Shown: positions 61,139 through 64,000 of the stretch, one piece after another
How the letters are laid out: the number at the start of each line of letters is the position of its first letter
Position numbering within the stretch: position 1 is the stretch's first letter
Assembly (NCBI GenBank): GCA_051251915.1
Contig: JBPOGF010000019.1
Span: 1-64,000 of the forward strand
Length of the DNA stretch: 64,000 nucleotides
Direction: 5' to 3'
Source: Akkermansiaceae bacterium
GTDB taxonomy: Bacteria > Verrucomicrobiota > Verrucomicrobiia > Verrucomicrobiales > Akkermansiaceae
Program-made: the position numbers and the translations under genes
Notes under the pieces: model-generated
What the model was told of the DNA's origin: nothing
Seen by the model: only the letters and a program-made list of their open reading frames with translations
Databases searched by the model: none

Positions 61139-62581
61139 TTAGGTTCCGCAGAATGTTTGCGTTACGCGCTCGTGAGGTAGGGGAGCTCGTTCAAGGTCAC
61201 GATAATCGGGGTTCTCTGCAAAGGGTGTTTTCCATGCTTTGTAGAGGCGGTGGAATAGGGTGTAGTCTCCTTTGTAGGCTTGCTGGATGGCGGCTTCTAC
61301 TTGGTGGTTTCTGGGGATGAGTATGGGGTTGGTATGGCGCATGGCTGGAATTTTATCTTGGTCGAGATGGCTGCGCCAGTCTTCTAGCCAAGTGGTGCAT
61401 ACCTCAGGATCAGCGAAGAGTTTTTCGAGTTCTGCGGCGGTGATGTCTTCGTTGGATAGTTGGGTGAGTGTTCTGAAGAAGAGGGTGTAGTCGACTTGTT
61501 GGTCTGCTAGGATGCTGAGTGAATTTTGGATGAATTCGATGGGGGTTTCATTTGTAAGAGAGAATTTTGCTCTGTAGATGCGGTGGTAGTGTTCGATGAA
61601 TTGTTCGGAGAATGCTTCGAGTGCTGTTTCTGCCAGTTTCATTGAGGTGTCGTGGTCAGGGTCGATTTGGGGGATTAGGGTTTCTGCTAGTCTGGTGAGG
61701 TTCCAGTGGGCGATGGAGACTTGGTTTCCCCAAGCGTAGCGTGCATCGCGATCGATGGCGCTAAAGACGCAGTTGGGGTGGAAGTCGTCCATGAAGGCGC
61801 AGGGGCCGTAGTCGATGGTCTCGCCTGAGATGGAGCTGTTGTCGGTATTCATGACGCCATGGATGAAGCCGATGGACATCCACTGAGCTACGAGTTGAGC
61901 TTGTGCGCTGATGACTTGTTCGAGTAAGGTGAGGGCGGGGGAGTGTGAGATTTCGACATCGGAACAGTGTCTTGCTAAGGCAAAATCTGTTAGAGTTTTT
62001 ATGGCCTCGGTATCACGCTGTGCGGCGAAGTATTGGAAGGTGCCGACGCGGAGATGACTGGATGCGACGCGCGTGAAGATGGCGCCGTCTAGTGGTTCCT
62101 CGCGGATGACTTTTTCTCCAGTAGTCACGGCAGCGAGTGCGCGGGTGGTGGGGATACCGAGCGCGTGCATGGCTTCGCTCATGAGGAATTCGCGAATGAC
62201 TGGGCCGAGGGCAGCTTTGCCATCGCCGCCGCGGGAATAGGTTGTCCTTCCTGAGCCTTTGAGCTGGATGTCTTTTCGGTTGCCGTGCTGGTCTATGACT
62301 TCGCCTAACAGATTGGCTCTGCCGTCGCCAAGACGGGGTGAGAAGCCGCCGAACTGATGACCTGCGTAGATTTGTGCTAGAGGCTCGGAGCCTGTCGCGA
62401 TTTTATTTCCTGAGAGGACGGCAATGCCTTCATCGGATTTTAGCCAATCGGGATCGATTCCAAGATCGCGAGCTAGTTCATCGTTCACTGCGATGAGTGT
62501 GGGTGCTGGGACTTTGGATGGATCTATGCGTTGGTAAAAATGTTCAGGTAATTTTACGTAAGTGTTAGAAAAGGGGATCAT
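61139..62581 (-). CDS. selO: Protein adenylyltransferase SelO/YdiU
   Basis: YAGHQFG, LGDGRA, QLKGSG, HGVMNTDN, IDYGP, C-terminal TFCGT. Confidence 0.95.
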   Translation of the reverse strand: MIPFSNTYVKLPEHFYQRIDPSKVPAPTLIAVNDELARDLGIDPDWLKSDEGIAVLSGNKIATGSEPLAQIYAGHQFGGFSPRLGDGRANLLGEVIDQHGNRKDIQLKGSGRTTYSRGGDGKAALGPVIREFLMSEAMHALGIPTTRALAAVTTGEKVIREEPLDGAIFTRVASSHLRVGTFQYFAAQRDTEAIKTLTDFALARHCSDVEISHSPALTLLEQVISAQAQLVAQWMSIGFIHGVMNTDNSSISGETIDYGPCAFMDDFHPNCVFSAIDRDARYAWGNQVSIAHWNLTRLAETLIPQIDPDHDTSMKLAETALEAFSEQFIEHYHRIYRAKFSLTNETPIEFIQNSLSILADQQVDYTLFFRTLTQLSNEDITAAELEKLFADPEVCTTWLEDWRSHLDQDKIPAMRHTNPILIPRNHQVEAAIQQAYKGDYTLFHRLYKAWKTPFAENPDYRDLERAPLPHERVTQTFCGT

Positions 62582-62590
62582 GGTGTGTGT

Positions 62591-63622
62591 TTATTTGACG
62601 TGTGTAAGTTCACAGGCATGGGCTGAAAATCCAGCTCCGAATCCACACATCCAGAGGTGTTGTTCATCGGTGGCTTGGTCTAGAAATAATTCTAGGGCTA
62701 CCATTACGCTGGGGCTGCTTAGGTTGCCGTATTTTCTCATGACTTCTCGCGCGTAGCTGAGGTCATCGATTTCTAGTGCTTCTTCTAAGGCTAGAATGAC
62801 GTCTCGTCCGCCTCCGTGTGTGACGATGGCTGAATTCTTCTCACTGCGTTTTTCATACAATTGCTTCACTACGTTGGCTGCGAGTTCAGGGACGTTTCGG
62901 TCGAGCTGGTTGCGGAGTTTTCCTTCGGCGTTGGTGAATCTGATCATTTCGCGGCTCTCGGGAGCATGGATAGCGTTGAAGTTTCCGATGCTCCAGTTGC
63001 CTTCATTTCTGTAGTCACCCGACCAGATGGCAGCGCTGGCGCCGTCACCGAAGATGCAGGTGCTGATTAGGACGCCGGCATCGTCTTCGATGTAAAATGC
63101 GGCGGAGCAAATTTCGACGGCTACGGTCAGTACACGGGCTTCTGTGTGGAGTGCGGTGTAGCCAGTTGCTGCTTCTAGCATGGGGATGGCTGCGCCACAA
63201 CCTAGGCCTGTTAGATCTTGGAGGTAAGTATTTTTGCGCATCCCAAGACGTTCTGCGAGATAGCTGCTGACTCCGGGGCAGAGGTAGCCTGTGCAGGTGC
63301 AGACGAAGAGTGCGTCAATGTTAGAGATGTTTAGATTGGTTTTTTCTAGTGCTTCGTTGACTGCATTTTCAGCAATGGCTGGTGCGGTTTTCTCGTAATA
63401 CTGATTAAGTTCTTGGGCGTCTCGTTTCCAGGCTTCTGTTAGGTTTGTGAGGGCGAATCTTCTTTCTTCGATACCGCCTTCGCTCTGGAGAACTTTTTCT
63501 AACAGACGGCGTGATCCTACTTTTAACTCACTCCAAAACTCAGCTTGGCGCATTGCATCAAGGCATTGTTGCTGAGTATAGTGGTGCTCGGGAAATCCGC
63601 TGGCAATAGAAATTAATTTCAT
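62591..63622 (-). CDS. Type III polyketide synthase
   Basis: Catalytic Cys (GLGCGAA), His (THGGG), Asn (YGNLSS); FGDGA, GFGAGFS. Confidence 0.93.
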   Translation of the reverse strand: MKLISIASGFPEHHYTQQQCLDAMRQAEFWSELKVGSRRLLEKVLQSEGGIEERRFALTNLTEAWKRDAQELNQYYEKTAPAIAENAVNEALEKTNLNISNIDALFVCTCTGYLCPGVSSYLAERLGMRKNTYLQDLTGLGCGAAIPMLEAATGYTALHTEARVLTVAVEICSAAFYIEDDAGVLISTCIFGDGASAAIWSGDYRNEGNWSIGNFNAIHAPESREMIRFTNAEGKLRNQLDRNVPELAANVVKQLYEKRSEKNSAIVTHGGGRDVILALEEALEIDDLSYAREVMRKYGNLSSPSVMVALELFLDQATDEQHLWMCGFGAGFSAHACELTHVK

Positions 63623-63678
63623 CTCCCGTTAGGTTAGGGGCATGAGCATCACAAACAAGGTTTATTCTGGGCGGATAG

Positions 63679-63999
63679 TTAACGTAGTAAACGGAAAAGG
63701 GTATGGAAGGGGATGAGCTTGAATTTGGCTAGAGTGCTGAGAATCCATCTTCCGGAGGAGTGGAAGAAGAATGGGTGGAGCCAACGTGCTGCGATGAGAC
63801 GCTTGCGGAATGTTTTGCGGAGTTTGTGGAGGTAAGTTTTTAGGACTGAGTCCCAGTCAGCATTGGCTTCTCCGTGACAGTAGGGGAGGAGTGATTGGCC
63901 GGCTAGGAGGGCGCTCTCTAGTGCGATGCTCATGCCGTTTCCTGTGAATGGGGGGATGAGGAGGGCTGCGTCACCGATGGGCATTAGGCGTTGTTGGTT
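63679..63999 (-). CDS. FAD-dependent oxidoreductase, C-terminal part (runs off the window edge)
   Basis: IGDAALLIPPFTGNGMSIALESA motif; frame is open to the edge. Confidence 0.85.
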   Translation of the reverse strand, partial: NQQRLMPIGDAALLIPPFTGNGMSIALESALLAGQSLLPYCHGEANADWDSVLKTYLHKLRKTFRKRLIAARWLHPFFFHSSGRWILSTLAKFKLIPFHTLFRLLR

Positions 64000-64000
64000 G

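Noticed and set aside
61139..61160. SelO as a second selenoprotein
   Set aside because: It ends TFCGT followed by TAA, with no in-frame UGA.

Overview
Bacterial chromosomal window of mostly housekeeping and metabolic genes. It is probably from a marine Verrucomicrobiota/PVC organism, inferred from mcsA-mcsB-clpC without ctsR, a sulfatase, a GH29 fucosidase, a ThuA plus propeller-cytochrome c pair, GldF/GldG/DUF4340 genes and a type III PKS. About 50 CDS are recognisable, including cysE, thiS/thiH, hrpA, an ECF sigma with a vWA partner, dusB, argF, rsuA, lpxA, sufS, can, katG, an HtrA, alr, rpsM/K/D, pgsA, gnd, phoD and selO. I found no rRNA, tRNA, CRISPR array, transposase or integrase. The strongest feature missing from the ORF track is a 75-aa Rdx/SelW-type selenoprotein gene (50068-50295) with a CxxU motif read through an in-frame UGA, followed by a SECIS-like hairpin. 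Other leads: (1) a stand-alone 75-aa integrase-arm-like protein and a Zn-less HNH protein 36 kb apart that share ssrA-like C-terminal -AA tails and an upstream GGnTAAATGATTA motif; (2) an HrgA-like nuclease that looks catalytically degenerate; (3) a 4-PDZ HtrA next to a pseudoprotease; (4) heptamer tandem repeats bracketing thiH-thiS; (5) an oxidoreductase-T3PKS-selO unit; (6) an alpha operon lacking rpoA; (7) very strong G/T-versus-C/A strand asymmetry. All family calls come from reading motifs by eye; no database searches were run.
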